From assembly GCA_004431415.1 (NCBI GenBank), contig QPMI01000029.1, forward strand, positions 1-64,000: DNA of 64,000 nucleotides, in the 5' to 3' direction. The position numbers were made by a program, and so were the translations under genes. Source of the stretch: Cyanophora paradoxa CCMP329 (lineage: Eukaryota; Plantae; Glaucophyta). This document shows, piece by piece, positions 43,601 through 58,600 of this stretch. Within the stretch, counting starts at the first letter, position 1; every line of letters begins with the position of its first letter. A model generated the notes under the pieces. It worked only from the letters and a program-made list of their open reading frames with translations. It did not search any database and was not told the origin of the DNA.

Positions 43601-46600
43601 ACGGAGGAAGGCTATGACACAGTGACCGTGTACGACTCACCGGTAGTGGACCCCTCGCTCATCGTGCGCAGTGCCTCGGCTTTCGCTCTTGTCGCATCTG
43701 CCTAACCGCAGGACACAGCTTCTGCCACCGGTCTCGGGTACTTTGCCGGAGACGTCACGGCTAGTCGAGAGCACGGGCCGCTTTATGACGGTAAAGCTGT
43801 GGGCGGACGCAGTCGTCAATTTCAGGGGAATCTACTGTCGCTATACAACCACTTTTGTCGGAGTGCAGGAGTACAAGCCGCCGAGAGACCCGGGCTGCAG
43901 CCCCCTTCTCCGCGCCCGTTCTTCCCTCCTCACCGACTGCTCGTACGATAACGATGGCGTGACGGTGTGTACATATATGAGCATCCCAGCATGCACATGC
44001 AATCTCGAGTGCGCGTGACGGCGATGCCACGCAGGATGTGAAATACCCGAAAAACGAGGATTTGGTTTGGACCATCGCCCCCGCCTGTGGCGGACCGATA
44101 GAAATCTCCTTCGAGGTCTTCGGTCCGTATTTAATTTCCACAACGATTTCCTTTCCAGAATTGTGGGGGTGGGAGGGATGCAGTTGGGAAGTACTGAGCA
44201 GCCGCCCGCAGCCATCCAGCCGTTCAGCGGGGACCGCCTCCAAATATTCAACGGAGTCACGGGCGCGGTCGTCTTCTCGGAGCCATCGCCGTTTCCTTCG
44301 GAGCCAACCTCGGGAGGATCTATCCTTCCTAATACTTTCGTTATCGAGGCCACTTCTGCCATTGTGAAATTCACGTCTGACGGTAATTATAATGTGATTA
44401 CGCCCCTATCGCACACGTTACTTATGATTAAAACATCTGCATGTGCAAGAATTCGAGTCTTCGAGGAAAACCGAAAAGGGCTTTCGTCTCCGCTGGACCG
44501 CGTGCAGTGTCATCAGCGACGCGAGCGGTACAATTGACCTGCGCACTCCATCGGACCTCATCAGCGGGTACAGCGACTGGGTCCGCGGTTGTGTGATGCC
44601 CTGTAGCTAGATCGTATAGCGCGCCCACCAACGCGAGCGCGCCGCAGATGATACAGCCCGGGATCGGCCCCAACCTCATTGTCTTCCGGGACACGATTCT
44701 CAATCCCACGAGCGACCTCCTGCAGGTCTACGACGGGGGAGACCCCTTTTCAGTGCTGCTCCTGGAGACGCGGGGGCCCGCCGTGCCGGAGCGTCTCTTA
44801 GCGAGAACCGCCATCTTTATTGCGTTCACGTGCAATGTGTCGGCTGTGAACGCCAGCGCCGTTGCGGGCGGCTCTTGGGGCTTCTCCCTCTCCTGGGAGG
44901 GGGCCCCGGACTCCAACATCGTGCGCGCGCCCAGATTACGTTCACCGCATCGCCGTGTCCGCCTCACGGCGACCTAACATTCCAACGTCTCACGCGCAGC
45001 TTGTCATGACGGACTTCTCCGTCGAAGGCGTCATCAGTAGCAGCGTCCAGGTGTGTCGCAGATTTCGCCATTGTTCATCGTGGTCGCGCGCTTCCTGCAG
45101 CCTGGCAGCTGAACGCCGTCGCCGTCGTCGCAGCTGATGGGCTTAAGCGCACTGGCAAACCAGCGACTCGAGCTCACGAACGTGGATTACATGTACACGT
45201 ACAACGGCTCCAATGCCGCCGTCATTACGCTGCCGCCCCCGTCCTTTTTCCGCACAACTTTCGAGGTACTTCTGGGCGGAGGGCCGGCTCAGTCGTCCGG
45301 CATGCTGGGCGGGAAGCTGCCGTCCGGTGGTCGCACAAACGTGAACATCGAGGGTGGAGAGGGCTTCTCCTTCTCTCTAGGGAACCCTGCGGCGGCCAAC
45401 CCCGACAGCGAAAGCAGCGCGGATTTCCGCGGCGAGCTGGGCGCCAACGACGGCCTCGCGCTGGTCCTGGTGACGCACCTTTCCAACGAGTTCATGTACG
45501 ACAAATCCGTGGAGCCCGAGTACGCTCCGGCCATCGGCCTCCGCTTCCGGGGGCGCTGGATTGCTCTGGTCCCCGACTCGTCGCTGAGGGACAGGATCCT
45601 CTTCCGCACCTTCAGTGTGACCGTGCGGCCCACAGGAACCGCTTCCCTCGGCGCCCTCGTCTCTGTCGAGAAGAACGACGAGGTCATTCTCCGCGACGTG
45701 CTCATCCCCGACTACCTTGTGTCGGCGGAGAAGCGGTACGTCAACCCGACGTGGCGAGCATACCTGGCTGCCCGCATGTACTCTGGCTTCGACCAAATGT
45801 ACGGCAAGATGGTGCGATATGATATGTTCAGGCGGTTCATCTCGCGTGACGTCTTTTCATTTGTCGTCTGATCAAAAGCATCTTCGCAGCTCATTCACGC
45901 GGACAACCATTTCGTGAGGCAGCTCTCAATACTGCGGATCGGTGCCATCGAATCGGCGACGCCCCGCTACGGGCCCCGCGAGGGCGGCAACATCGTCACC
46001 ATTCGCGGAACTGCCCTTGCCCACATCTCCGGCGAGGACATCACTCAGGTCTGCGGCGTTCAATTCCAAGCTGTATATATATATTCTTTAAGTGTGCATC
46101 CAGTCCGGATCCTGAAGTCGGCCGCTATATATATGCAGGTTCAACTCTCGGGGGTCGAAGTGGCGCGCATTCTGTCCAAGACTAACACTGTCATTATTGT
46201 CGAGGCCGGGGCCTACACTCAACAGGGCGAGTCCGAGGATTGGACCACCATCCTTATTTCAAGCCGCTTCTTTGGCAAGTCCGTCCTGCTCGGCGGCTAC
46301 CTCTACAACCCCGTGATGGTATGCCACAGTTGGCGCAGTGCTAGCTACAGCCGCCTGGCCCGGCACTGGGCTAGCATTCATGCCCTAACACCGACCGCAG
46401 ATGATCGGAGCCATACAACCCCGAGACGGACCGCGCAACGGCACCATTCCTGGCTCCTTCGTTCAAATCACAGTGTTCAACCTCGGCTCGGACCGAGACG
46501 TTGTCAAGGCCTGGTTTGGTGACAACGAAGCCGTCATATTAGATGGAGAGAATGGACAGACGGATAACTACATCCGCGTCGCTACGCCGCCCAACATACC

Positions 46601-49600
46601 CGGGCTTGTGCCAGTCAAGATCTTCTCTGTCAGCCGTGGCCACGCTGTGCTGGTCGATAGCTACATGTACAATGAAGCTCCTGCAATCACTGGCTTCGGG
46701 CCCTACGCCGTTCCCCGTGGTCCCGTCTGGGGCGGACACTCGTTCACCATATTCGGAAGACGGCTGTCGGACATCGGTGACACGGCGGACCTCGAGGCAG
46801 TCCGTATCTGCAACGAGACGCTCCCTGGAGAATCCTACGAGTACAAGCCGGACGGGAGCGTCGTGGTGACTACGCCGGTGCAGGTTCTGCCGCGACCGTC
46901 TGGGCTCTGCGACGTCGAGACCTGCTCGCTCCGCTACGGATGCGCCGTCGCGCCCATGGCGTACAGCTTTGAGATGCCCGGCGTCGTCGACCGGCTTAGC
47001 CCAGCCTACGGCAGCTCTCTCGCCGGCCAGCGTCTTACAGTCTTTGGGAACTCGCTTGTCGATCCCGCGCGCAATCTGAGTGACTTTGCTTGCCCGCCTG
47101 GGCGGCCGGGCTCCAGTTTCTGCCGCCCTGTGGTCTTCACCAATGACGTGGCGACTCTGGCGGTGGACGTCGCCTTGATCGAGATCGTGTCGTCCTCACA
47201 GATCGTGGTGGTCACTCCGCCCAACATTGACGGCGTCTTCACCCTCCGGGTGCAGACCCTCAGCCGCGGGCCGTACGAGAGGTTGAACGCCTTCTCGTCG
47301 GTCATACTGGAGGGCATCAATCCCGCGGAGGGCCCAATCGAGGGCGGCGTGCACGTCACCGTGCACGGTCGTCTGCCTGTCGCGGAAGAGTTTGCCATCT
47401 CCTTCTGCGGGGCCCCGCTCCGCATTGTCGCCAAGGAGTTTGATGAGACCGATTCCCTCACGCACGTGGTTGGCGTCACTCCCGATGCGCGCGCTTGCAG
47501 CACCGGGCCAGGTGAGAGAAGCCTGCCTAAACACACCGCTAGCGCTCCCCCCGCGCGCGCAGCAATGCGACGGCATGGCTGACTTCTCACTGCGTTCGCG
47601 CAGTGCCCCTTGGGCTCGTCTTCGACGGCGTGCAAGTGAACCTCGACCGGGCCCCGCACTTCCTCCTCATGGGCATCGACTCGGTCGAGCCGCAATACGG
47701 GAGCGTCCACGGCGGGGACCTGGTCACCATCAGCGGCACGGGCTTCGCGCTGGGCCTGGCCGACGTGCAGTGGGTGCGGGTCGCCGGCGTGCTCGTCGAT
47801 CCCGAGGACCTCGTCGCGTGCCAAGTCGGCGCCGACAACCAAACAACGCTGCTCGTCTTCACCGGCAGCGCCTTCGGGATCGTCGGTTCGGGGAGGGGCG
47901 ACGTCGTCGTCAGCTCCGCCACCTTTGGCGTGAGCACCCTGCGCGGCGGGTTTACGTACAGCGGCTTGGACCGCGTGACGTGCTTCCCGTCCGACTACGC
48001 GGGACCGCTCACGGCCACGGCCGCGCTGGCCAACGCGACGGCCGACGGCTGCGATGGGCCTCTTTCGGGGGGCACTTTCATGCTCCTATGGGGATCGCAT
48101 CTGCTGCACGGCCCCACGCAGGCTATCCAGGTCTTCGTCGACGCTGCCCCCGCACACGTGTTCGGCTGGTCCGAGGCAAATCGGACGACTCTGCATGCTC
48201 TGAGCAACGTCGCACCGGTTCCAACGGACCGCATTGTGGTCTTTGTTGTGCAAACGGGCTTGCACGGCGACACGGGCGCGTTCCCCATCGTCGTCGCCAG
48301 CTTGTCGTCCGCGGGACCGAGGATCGAGATGAGCCGCCCGCCCGTTGAATTCACCTACTGGCAGCCCCTTGTCCCCGCTCTGCTCCCAAGTGGCGGCTTT
48401 GGCAGCAGCGCCTTGTGCCGTTGGAGCGGCAATGGTGGCCGCAGCGCGATGGACGGCTGCGACTGCGGCGCGGGCTGCTACGACCCCGACTGCGGGGCGA
48501 TGTCCGACGCCGTCGCCTCGGGCGCCGAGGGCCTCTACCCCGACGGCACGCCCGCCTACTGCCCGCTGCGGGCCCCCAGCACGGCCGAGGCGGCGACGGC
48601 CTTCTTTGTCGGCTCCAAATCCGTCGAGGCGCCAGGAGCGGCCACGGCGGCGCCCTTCGGGTCGTACAGATCGCCCGCGAAGAGCCTGGACGCCGCCTTC
48701 GAGGCCTTCCAGAAGCAGCGCAACGGGAGCGTCCAGATCGTCCTCATGCCGGGCCGTCTTGTCGCCCTGCCCGTCGTCGACGGCAGCAAGGATGGCACGA
48801 ACGCCAACGTCACATTCCGCATGCCCGCCGACTTGCCCGCTGGATCCAACGTGACGTGGCGGGGCCTCTCGGGGGCCCGCTACAGCGTGGTCGACTCGGC
48901 GGGTCGGGGCCGCGTGGTGAGCGTCGACCTCGGTGACTTCGACGGGACTTTCGTCGTGCGCGACCTCTCCTTTGCCAACGGTCGCTCCGGCGATCGCGAG
49001 CGGGAGGGCGGCTCCCTCCTCGTCTTCAGCAGCGCCGCCGTCGGGCGCGCCACCGTCCTCCTTGAGCGCGTCAACTTCACCAACTGCACGCTCGCCCCGG
49101 CGTCGGCCGCCGCCGCCGGCGGCGGCGGCGGCGGCGCCCTCGCCGTCCGTAATGTCGCGAAACTCGTCGTCCGCGACTCCACCTTCGCCGGGAACTCCTT
49201 CGTCGCCGACGCGCCCCCCGCCGATGGCGACGCCTTGCCGGCGGCGGGCGGCGGCTCCCTGTACGCGGCCCGCGTGGCTCGCGTGCGGATCGAGCGCACG
49301 AGCTTCTCTGGCGACCGGAGCGCCCTGCACGGCGGAAGCATCGCCATCTTCAACGCAGCCGACGTCGAGCTCATCTCTGTCAACGTCACGGGCAGCGCCG
49401 CCGCCCTCGGTAAGCGAGAAATTTTTAAGAAGCCGCTCTTGAAAACGATCGAAACTATTTATGTTGATGGCCTTGCCCTCCAGGGTCTGGCGGCTGCGTC
49501 TTCGTGTCCGGCGTCACCCGCTCGCTCACCATCTCCGCCTCCTCCTTCGCTGGCTGCTCCTCCGGCGCCGGCGCTGCACTGGACGTCTCCGGGAGTGACG

Positions 49601-52600
49601 CGGGCGGCGGCGGCGGCGGTGGCGGCGGCTTGCAGGCGACCATCGAGTCGACCGCCTTCGAGGGGTACGCGGGGGCCGGCCTCGCCCTCGCGAACGCCCG
49701 CGATGTCACCCTCTCCGCCCTCTCCTTCGACTCGGCCTCGCCGGCCGCCGCCGGCTGCGTCTCTATCCCGTCCCTCGCCGCCTCCCTCGCCGCCTCCGGC
49801 TCCAACTTCTCCCGCTGCGTCGCGGCGCCCCTGCGCGGCCCCTCCGCCGCCGCCTTTGCCGTCACCACCGCCGCCCTGTCCACCGGTACCGGCCGCGGGC
49901 CCCACCTCTCCTTCGACCGCCTCCGCTTCGTCGATGCCGGCGGCCCGCTCGCCGCCTGGGGCCCCGCCCGCCTCGCCCTCGCCCGCTCCTCGTTCGAATC
50001 CTCCCCCGCCGCGGCTAGCCACGGCGGCTGCCTCGCCGTCCGCGGCCTGGCCGCCCCCGCCGGCTCCGTCGCCGTCTCCGCCACCAATTTCTCCCGCTGC
50101 GTGCACGCCGAGGCGGCGGCCGCCGCCGCCGGCTCCGGCTCCGGCTCCGTGGCGGCGGTGCTCGTGGAGGGGGCGGCCCCCGGGGCCGCCTCGGTGGAAT
50201 TCGAGCGCGTCCGCCTCGACGAGCCGGGCGGTCCCCTCGAGGTCACGCTAGCCGCCAACGTCACACTTGCCGCCGTCTCCGTCTCCAGCAAAGCGGCCGA
50301 CACGGGCGCCGCGGGCGGCCTGCTCCTCCGCCCCCTCGCCCGCCGCCTCGCCCTCCGCGACGTCAACTGCACCCGCTGCCTGGCGCGCGATCGGGCGGGC
50401 CCCCACAGCTACCCGTTCGCCGCCCCTGGCGCCCTCTTTGCCGCGGGCGTCGAAGAGGGCGAAGCAGCTTTGGCCGCCCTCGGTTCGAGCGAATCCCCGT
50501 TTTCTCGCCCTCGAGCTCCCCTGACGTTTCTTCGCCTCGCAGAGGTCGAGATCGAGGGGCTGCGCCTGGAGTCCTGCGCGGGCGGGGCCGCCTCTCTGCA
50601 CGCCCTCGGATCCGCCACCCTCCGCGCGGTCCTCGTCCAGAACGCCGAGGGCGACGCGCTGGCGGCGGGCGGCCTCGCCGTGTCCAACATCGCCGGCCCG
50701 TTCGCGGCCAGCGACGTGACGCTCCTAGGAGCCTCCTCGGAGGCGGCGGCGGCCTCGCGGGGGGCGCTGGTCGTGGAGGGCGCGGTCGGCGCCCGCGCAG
50801 GGGCCGTCTCCCTCGACAAGCTTCGCGTGGAGGGCAACGTCGTCTCCGCCAAGGCCGGCCTCTTCTCCCTGCGCGGCGCGCTGGGCGGCGCCGGCGTCGC
50901 CGTCACCCGCGCCGCTTCCCTCTCCATTCGGGCCTCGCGCTTCGCTCGGAACCGCGCCCTCTCGCCGGGGGCCGGCGGCGGCTCGCTCCTGGCGTCGGAC
51001 GTTTCGGGGGAGGTGCGCCTCGACGGGTGCTCCTTCGAAGGGGACGAGGCGGCCGGCGACGGCGGCAGCGTCGCCCTCGTCGCCGTCGGCGGCGCGAGCC
51101 TGCGGGAGGTCTCTGTGCGGGGCAGCCGCGCCGTCGGCGGGCACGGCGGCTGCCTCGCGGTGCGCGACCTGGCCGGCCCCCTCACCGCCGGCTCCCTCGA
51201 CCTCTCCTCCTGCAACGCCACCGGCGCCCCGTTCTCGGGCGGCGGCGCCGGCGGCTGCCTCTTCCTCCTCGGCAGCGCCGTCAACGCCGACAGCAGCGCG
51301 GCGCTGACTGGGACCCGCTTCTCCGCCTGCTCGTCCGCCGCGAGCGCCGAAGCCCCCGGCCACGCTGGCGGAGGGGCGGCGTTCATCGCCGACCTCGCCG
51401 CGGCCTCGCTCGAGGACAGCGAGTTCGAGGGGAACGTGGACCGGGGCCAGGCGTTTAAGGAGGTTGCGGTGCCCCGCACGGAGGGCGGCGGCGCCCTCCT
51501 CGCCGTCGGCGTCCAAAGGCTCCTCGTCGCGCGCTCGCGCTTCGCGAGCAACGCGGCGCTCGTCAAGGGCGGCGCCATCTCCGCCGTGCAGGTCTCCGAC
51601 GCCGCCATCCGCTTCTGCGCCTTCGAGGGCAACGCGGCGGACAACGGCGGAGCGGCCTTCCCGAGCTTCGGCGGGGGCGGAGCCGTGAGCTTCGAGGGGA
51701 GCGAGGGCCTCAGCTCGTCCCTCCTCATCCAGAACTCGACCTTCGTGAAGAACCTGGAGACGCAGTCCGGGGGCGGGCAGATGCGGGGCGGCGGCGCCCT
51801 CTGGGCCGAAAAGGCATCCTCGTTGACCGTACGGGGCTCCGCCTTCGAAGGGAACGCGGGACAGCGGGGCGGGGCCCTTTCTGTAGGGGCGCGGGCCCTC
51901 GTCGTGGAGGAGTCGGAATTCGCCGCGAACGGCTGGCCGGCCGCCGACGAGGCCGGCCGCGCCACGGACGGCGGCGCCATCGACGCGCGGCTCTCGGGGC
52001 CCGCCGCTTCGCTCCTCGCCCGCTCCTCCTTCGCAGAGAACTCGGCCGCCAAGGGCGGCGCAGTGCACATTGAGACGGACGGGATGGACCCGGCACCGGT
52101 GCACATGGAGGGCGTCTCGTTCGTCGGCAACGCCGCAAGTGCCTCGGGCGGCGCGCTCGTCGTCTCGCAGGTCTGTGCCTCGCGTTATACAGTATATCGA
52201 TCACCCACGAAAACGTGACATTATATGCGTTGCTCTCCTTGGGAGCTCGTTGGGTTCGATCGCCGGCGCCACTTGTTCACGCCTCGCACCTCGCAGGTCG
52301 ACCTGACGGCCACGGGAATCACGTTCCGCGGCAACTCGGCGGGGCAGGCGGGCGGCGCCCTGCTGGTGGACGCTGAAAAGCGCTGCACCATTCGCTTCGC
52401 CTCGAGCTCCTTCGTCAGAAACGACGCGCAGGAGGGCGGGGCCGTCGCTCTGCTCTCCTCCACCGCCGCCGCCCATCTGGAGATCACGTCGGCGTCCTTC
52501 ACCCTGAACGAGGCGAAGAACAACGGCGGCGCGATCACGCAGGAGAACGGCGAGCTGCTCGTGCGCGCCTGCTCCTTCGAGTCCAACCGCGCCCTCGCCG

Positions 52601-55600
52601 CCGGGTGAGCCCTCAGTGCTTTCTGTTAACGTGGCTTCTTGCTCCGAATCCTCTCAAGCGTGAGGATTCCTGCAGCGGAGCGGTTTACATGTCGAGCAAC
52701 GTCGGGTGGGCGCGCTTCGAGGATTCTTCCATGACGGCCAACACGGCGACGGAGAACGGGGGCGTCCTGGCGGCCCTCGTCCGTGCCTCGCCGGCCCTCG
52801 TCAACTGCGTCCTACGCCGCAACGTCGCAAAAGCGAACGTGCGCATCTCTGCTTGACGGCACGCATGTGCCCACCGCGGCCAATGTCGGTGGTGCGCGCA
52901 GGGCGGCGCCGTCTGGTGCATGAAGTCGTCGGCGTGCGCCCTCGCCGCGAGCTCCATCGAATCGGGCTCGGCCGACCGTGGCGGCGCCATCTACGTTGAC
53001 CAGGTGCCGCAGCGCCATCGCTGATCACGAGTCCCTAGCGAGCCTGCCGTCGCCATTTCCTCATGCTTGCGTTACAATTAGGATGCGAGCGTTCTCCTCA
53101 AGGACGTGTCGCTGTCGCGAAATGTGGCGGAGATGGCGGGCGGTGCAATACTGGCGAGGACGCGCGCCCGCCTGACTATGCACGGTGGCTCAATCTCGGG
53201 CAACCAGGCGGCTCGCGGGGGTGGCATCCTACTCGACGACGACTCCTCTGCGCGCATCAACGGAACTGCTATAGCGTTGAACCTGGCGGCGAGCCGGGGC
53301 AAGGAGGCGCGGCCCGACGGCACCGGTGGCGGCATCTGCGTCGCATCCAACTCGTCGTGCACGCTGCTGGGAGGCACCCTGGTCACCTCGAACCGCGCGG
53401 ACGGTGGCGCCGGCGTGGCGGTGCTCGACACGGCGCGCTTCACGGCCGGTGCCGAGGACATCGTTGCCAACAACCGTCGAGCGCTGCTGCAGGCGGCCGC
53501 GGGCAACGCTAACGCGACGGCCGTCCCGGCCACGGTTGTGATCATCGGCTCCAACGTCGCAACGGGCAACGGGGCGGGCCTGTTGCAGAGCGGCGGCGTC
53601 GTTCGGCTTCTGCGGGGCGTGCAGCTGGCGGAAAACACTGCGGGAGGGCGCGGTGGAGGCCTGTTCTACGAGTCGGGCACGATCGACCTGAAAGGGGCCC
53701 TAATCACGTGCGAGCCGGATGCAACATAAAAACATTAATGTTAATGTTATTAGTGGATCCTCGTTGCTGATCATGATTGACCAATGCGCACGTTGCGTTG
53801 CCAGCAAGAACCAGGCGACGGACGGCGGGGGCGCCTACATGCGCCCCACGAGCTGCAGCGCCATCAACATCAAGGGGCTCTCGGTCCAGGACAACGTGGC
53901 GACGGGCGGCGGAGGTGACGACGCCTGCGCGCGTGCGATCGCTCGCCTGCTGCTGCTCTGCTGACCCGACGCGCACGTTTGCGTACACATGCACCCATTT
54001 GCATCTGCAGGCGCCTTCTTTGTCGATGCGAAGGTTCGTCTCTGCGCGGCCTCTATTGCGGCGCTTTTCCCATAAAACCCTCCATAAAACCCATAACATT
54101 GCGGGACGAAGCGCTTAAGCCTGTCACCTGTGCTAAATTAAACGCATCCGCAGGATCCGGCGGCCTGCGCCCCCTTTGCCGCCCTCGCCTCAGGCGCCTC
54201 GGAGTACTTCACGAGCCTGGACGGGAACACGGGACGCTTCGGCGGCGGTATCGCGGGCGTCCCCGCCGCAATTGTCCTCTTTGGGCCCCGCAACGCGACG
54301 CCGCCACACAACGAGACGACTCCGGCGTCGCGCATGCCCCTCTACTACAAGGTCGAGGTCAGCAGACGGCAGGCAGCTCTAGCGGCCGCAGATGTTGTCC
54401 GACTGTACACGTACGGTCTCGAATCTGATTTCTCCACACACAGGTTAGAGACAGCTACAACCAGCTTGTGAGAACGGCGACGGGCACCGTTGTCGTCGTC
54501 AGCGCTCTCGAGCTCGGCAACGCCAGCGTCGGTGCGGTTAACGTTCTCGGGCGCGCCCGCAATGCGGCTCTCTGACGCGTCGCGCAGCGGGGTCGGCGCA
54601 GGTGGTGACCTTCGAGGGCGTCGCCGAGTTCAAGGATGTCCAGGTGCTTTTCCTCCCGTTTTCGCGCGGCGCCGCGCTCGGCGGTCCCTGCTCGATGCCG
54701 ACGGGGCGCGGCGCGGCGCGGCCGCGGGCAGGTGATCGCGCGGCCTGGCACGACGGCGGCCATTGTCTTCAAGGCGACATTCCCCGACGGCACGGTGCTC
54801 TCCGCCACGAGCTCGCTGGCCCTGCGGCAGTGCATGCGTGGCGAGGTTCTCGAGGAGAACAGGGCGTACTGCCCGGTGCGTTCGGATTCGTGCACTGCAG
54901 CAGCGTCTTGCAGCAGCGGACTTTGCATACGTCGACGTCGCGTTTGCTCATGATCGATCTCGCGCGTGCAGACGTGCTCGTACTGCAAGCTGTGCCCGTC
55001 CGGCACGTACTCCCTCGAGGACTCCGATTTCAGGGGGAAAGAGTGCCTCGCGTGCCCCACTGGCGCCAGCTGCGTCTCGGGCGGGAGCGACGTGCGGCCT
55101 CTCAAGAACTTCTGGCATTCCCCGTACGACCCGCACCGCTTCATCCAGTGCATCAACGAGGCCTGCCTCGTCGACTACGGCGCGCCCGCCCGCCCGCCTG
55201 CCCGCCCGTCCACGTCGGCCGCGCGTCTGCACGCTCGCTGCTGAGCCGCGCGCGGCGCAGTCGACAAAGTCCTCGAGAAGACGGGGGCCCCCGATCTCGT
55301 CTCGGCAAACCTCACCAACGCTCAGTTCTTTGGCCTCGGTGAGACTCAGTGACTGCGCATGCTCAATTTCTTGGTTTGAAAGACACTAAATTAGCGACAG
55401 CCGAGCGCTGCGCGCGCGGACACGGCAGCAACCTCTGCACAGTCTGCGGTGAGTGCTTTTGGCTGCTTTCAATTGATTCGCTCATGATTCCAAGCAGAGG
55501 AGGGATGGGGGCGCCGCTCCGATTTCGGGTGTCAGCAGTGCCCTGAGCCGGTCTTCTCGCGCCTCCTTGCCGCAACCGTCGTTATCTTCTTGATCGCCAT

Positions 55601-58600
55601 CGCCGCGTTCATCATCAGGTCGGGTCGCTTTAAATTTCAATCGAGTTCCTCTTAGAAGAGAGCTTCCGCCTGCGTATTATTGCGTCCTCACATGCAGTCC
55701 GTTCCGCATCTCCTGCGCCGCGCCCCGTCTCTCCTCGCAGAAAACATATTAAGGTGTGGGACAACAGACGTTTAGACATTCAGTGCCGATCGTTCTAGAT
55801 CTGCCCGATCTGACCCCTTCTTCTCCATCTGCGCAGTCCTTTGGCAAGCATGTCAAGGTTCGCGATCTGTTTTCGAGTTGGCCGCGTCGACGTCCGCTTG
55901 GATGCTGACCAGAGGGCACATATATGTAGGACGAACGAGGCGGGATCCTTCTGAAGGTAAATTAAACCCCCTGGGCCCGTTCCCAGCTTTACGAATAAGC
56001 GCACGGGCGGCGCGTGTATACATGCATTCTCACCTTGCAATTGTTTCGCCCTTCCGCCAAACAGATCTTCCTCGATTACCTCCAGCTCGTGTCCATGGCG
56101 AAAGGTCATCCTTGAGCTTTCTTCCATTCCAAGCGCTAGCTAGCTTTCCCTGAATGGCGCATCGGTTCGGCAGCCTTTCAGATCCGCTGGCCCGCCGTGT
56201 TTACGGACATGATGTACCTGCAGACATCCATAGCCAGCCCCCTGTACGCCTCGAGCCCGCCCGCCCCCAGTTCCCTCAATTCTTGCGCCCCTTAAGCTTG
56301 CGCACCCTTGACAGGGACTCGCTCATGTCGATCGACTGTATGTTCGCGCTCAACACGCCCGCCGTCTTGCAAGTCGTGCGGCCCTTCTACGCGCAAGTCA
56401 TCGGCTGGATCTCGATCCCGCTCCTCTGCATCGTCCTCCCCACCGTCGTCCTGGTCGCCCAGCCCGCCTGGCACCGCTTCCGGTGCTGGCGCAGGGGCGT
56501 CGCGCCCGCGGACGGCGAGGTGGCGAGGACGCGCCTGCTCGCCCGCGACAACTACTTCGTCTCCGTCGTCGTGTCCCTGTACCTCGTCCATCCCCAGATC
56601 ACGCAGAAGATGTTCAAGCTCTTCTCCTGCCGCGACCTCGGCGGCGGGCGCTCGTACCTGCAGCACGACATGCAAGTCGACTGCAACACGCTCGAGTTTC
56701 GGCTCTGGCAGTGGGGCCTCGGCGCCCCAGCGATCGTTCTCTACGGTAATTATAAGAACTACATACAAATATTTCATTTGAAGCACGCACCGGAGATAAC
56801 AGTAAAACGTTAACGATATCGATCTCAGGCTTCGGCATCCCTACCGCCGCCTTCCTGGTCCTCTATAAGAATCGCCGACGGCTCGACCAACACGCCATCA
56901 AGCGCAAGTTCTCGTTCCTCTACAGGGGGTACAAGCAGAGGACATGGTACTGGGAGGTGCGCGCGCTCGAGCCTTGATCCCGCTATATGTAGCTACGCCC
57001 GCCCGCGGGCTGTGTGTGCACGCGCAAAGATCTAGACTCACCAACGGGCCGGGCCGCCCGGCCATGTCCAGAGCGTGGTGATCGTCAGGAAACTGCTCGT
57101 CGCGGTGGTCGTGTCGGTGCTGGACGGACGGCCGCAGATCCAGGGCCTCCTCGGCCTGGGCATCCTCCTCACCAGTCCGCCGCCGCCCCTTGCCTCTCGA
57201 GCGAGCGCGTCGACGTCGACGTCGCTCGCTCACCGACGGCGCCCCTGCGCAGCGCTGGTGGTGAAGCTGAAGCTGAAACCGTGGGACAGCTCGCTGCTGG
57301 AGCTGGTGGACTTCTGTGCCATCGTCGTGTCCACGGTCACGATCTACGGCGGCCTCTTCTTCTACATGCCGGAGTTCCTGAACGCTGTCGACGAGAACGT
57401 AATCACCGTGCGCCCTCTCTCTATAAATATTCTCCATCCGCCCCGACGTCGCCCGACCGATTTCTGACTCTGCCGTCGACGTCGACCGCGCGCACCAGTA
57501 CTCCCTCGTTTTCTTGAACGTGCGCCCCCGGCCCGCAATCCCCGCCCCGCCCTCCCCCCGGTTTGAATTAACGTTTGCCCTGCTTTACATTCCTGCGAAC
57601 ACTCGACGTCCTTCAAATTAAAGGCCTGCTTCATCGCGTTCTTTGTGGTCGTGTACTTTGGCGAGTGGGCGGTCAAGATCCTCGCGAGCCTCGCCGAGAA
57701 GTACCCGCGCATCGCTAACTGGCGCCACCGGCTCATCGCCCGCTACGAGTGAGCCCGGCCCCTTTAATTTAATTATATAAATTTCCCGCGTTGCTGCGCG
57801 TCGCGGCCCCGCCCGGCCCGCCCCAGCGCGCGCTGTGATGCGAGGCGGGCTTCGAACTCGCCTTCGCAGGACGCTCAAGCGGCGGTACGGGCTCGTGGAG
57901 AGGCTCGACGAGGTGCTGAGCGGGAAGAACGACGGGCTGAACATCAGCATGAAGATCCGCCGCCTCTTCAGGAACGGCACGGCAGACCTCCACCGCCTCG
58001 CCGCCGACGACCGCAACGCGGCGGTCTCCATATACCGAAAGGCCGAGGCCAGGCTCGAGGAGGAGAGGGCGAACAAGAGCCGGCTGCCCGCCCTCGCGAG
58101 CTCGAGCACGATGGGCGGGACGGAGACGCCGAACTCACTGGCCAGCCCTGGGATCTTCGCCGCCGCCGACGGCGACGGCGGCAGAGGCCTAGGCCTGGGA
58201 CTCGGCAAGGACAGCGGTGGAAGCGTACACGTGAAGGACGAGCTCGAAGGGGGGCTGGGGAAAGGAGACGGAGCGGGCGCGCAAGTACCGATCCCGAGCC
58301 ACTCGGTCGTCGACGTCTCCCCGCGCCTGTACGCCGGCGGCAGCGCCGGCGGGAGCGTTGGGGCCTCCTCGAGCGCGCAGGGCGCCGGCCGCAGCCCGGC
58401 GGATCAGGAGTCCCTCTACGAATTCGCGCCGATCGCGCCCCTTTGGGCTATGGAGCCGCCGTTCCGTGACGGCGATTCGAATTCGAATTATTCGAATTCG
58501 GAGCGCGTCCGGCGGCCGCCGCCGCCGCCCTCCCCGGCGGAGCTCGCGCTTGGCGGATCGATAGCGCCGTTCAGGTGGGAGGGTCGGGAGGGCGAGCTGC

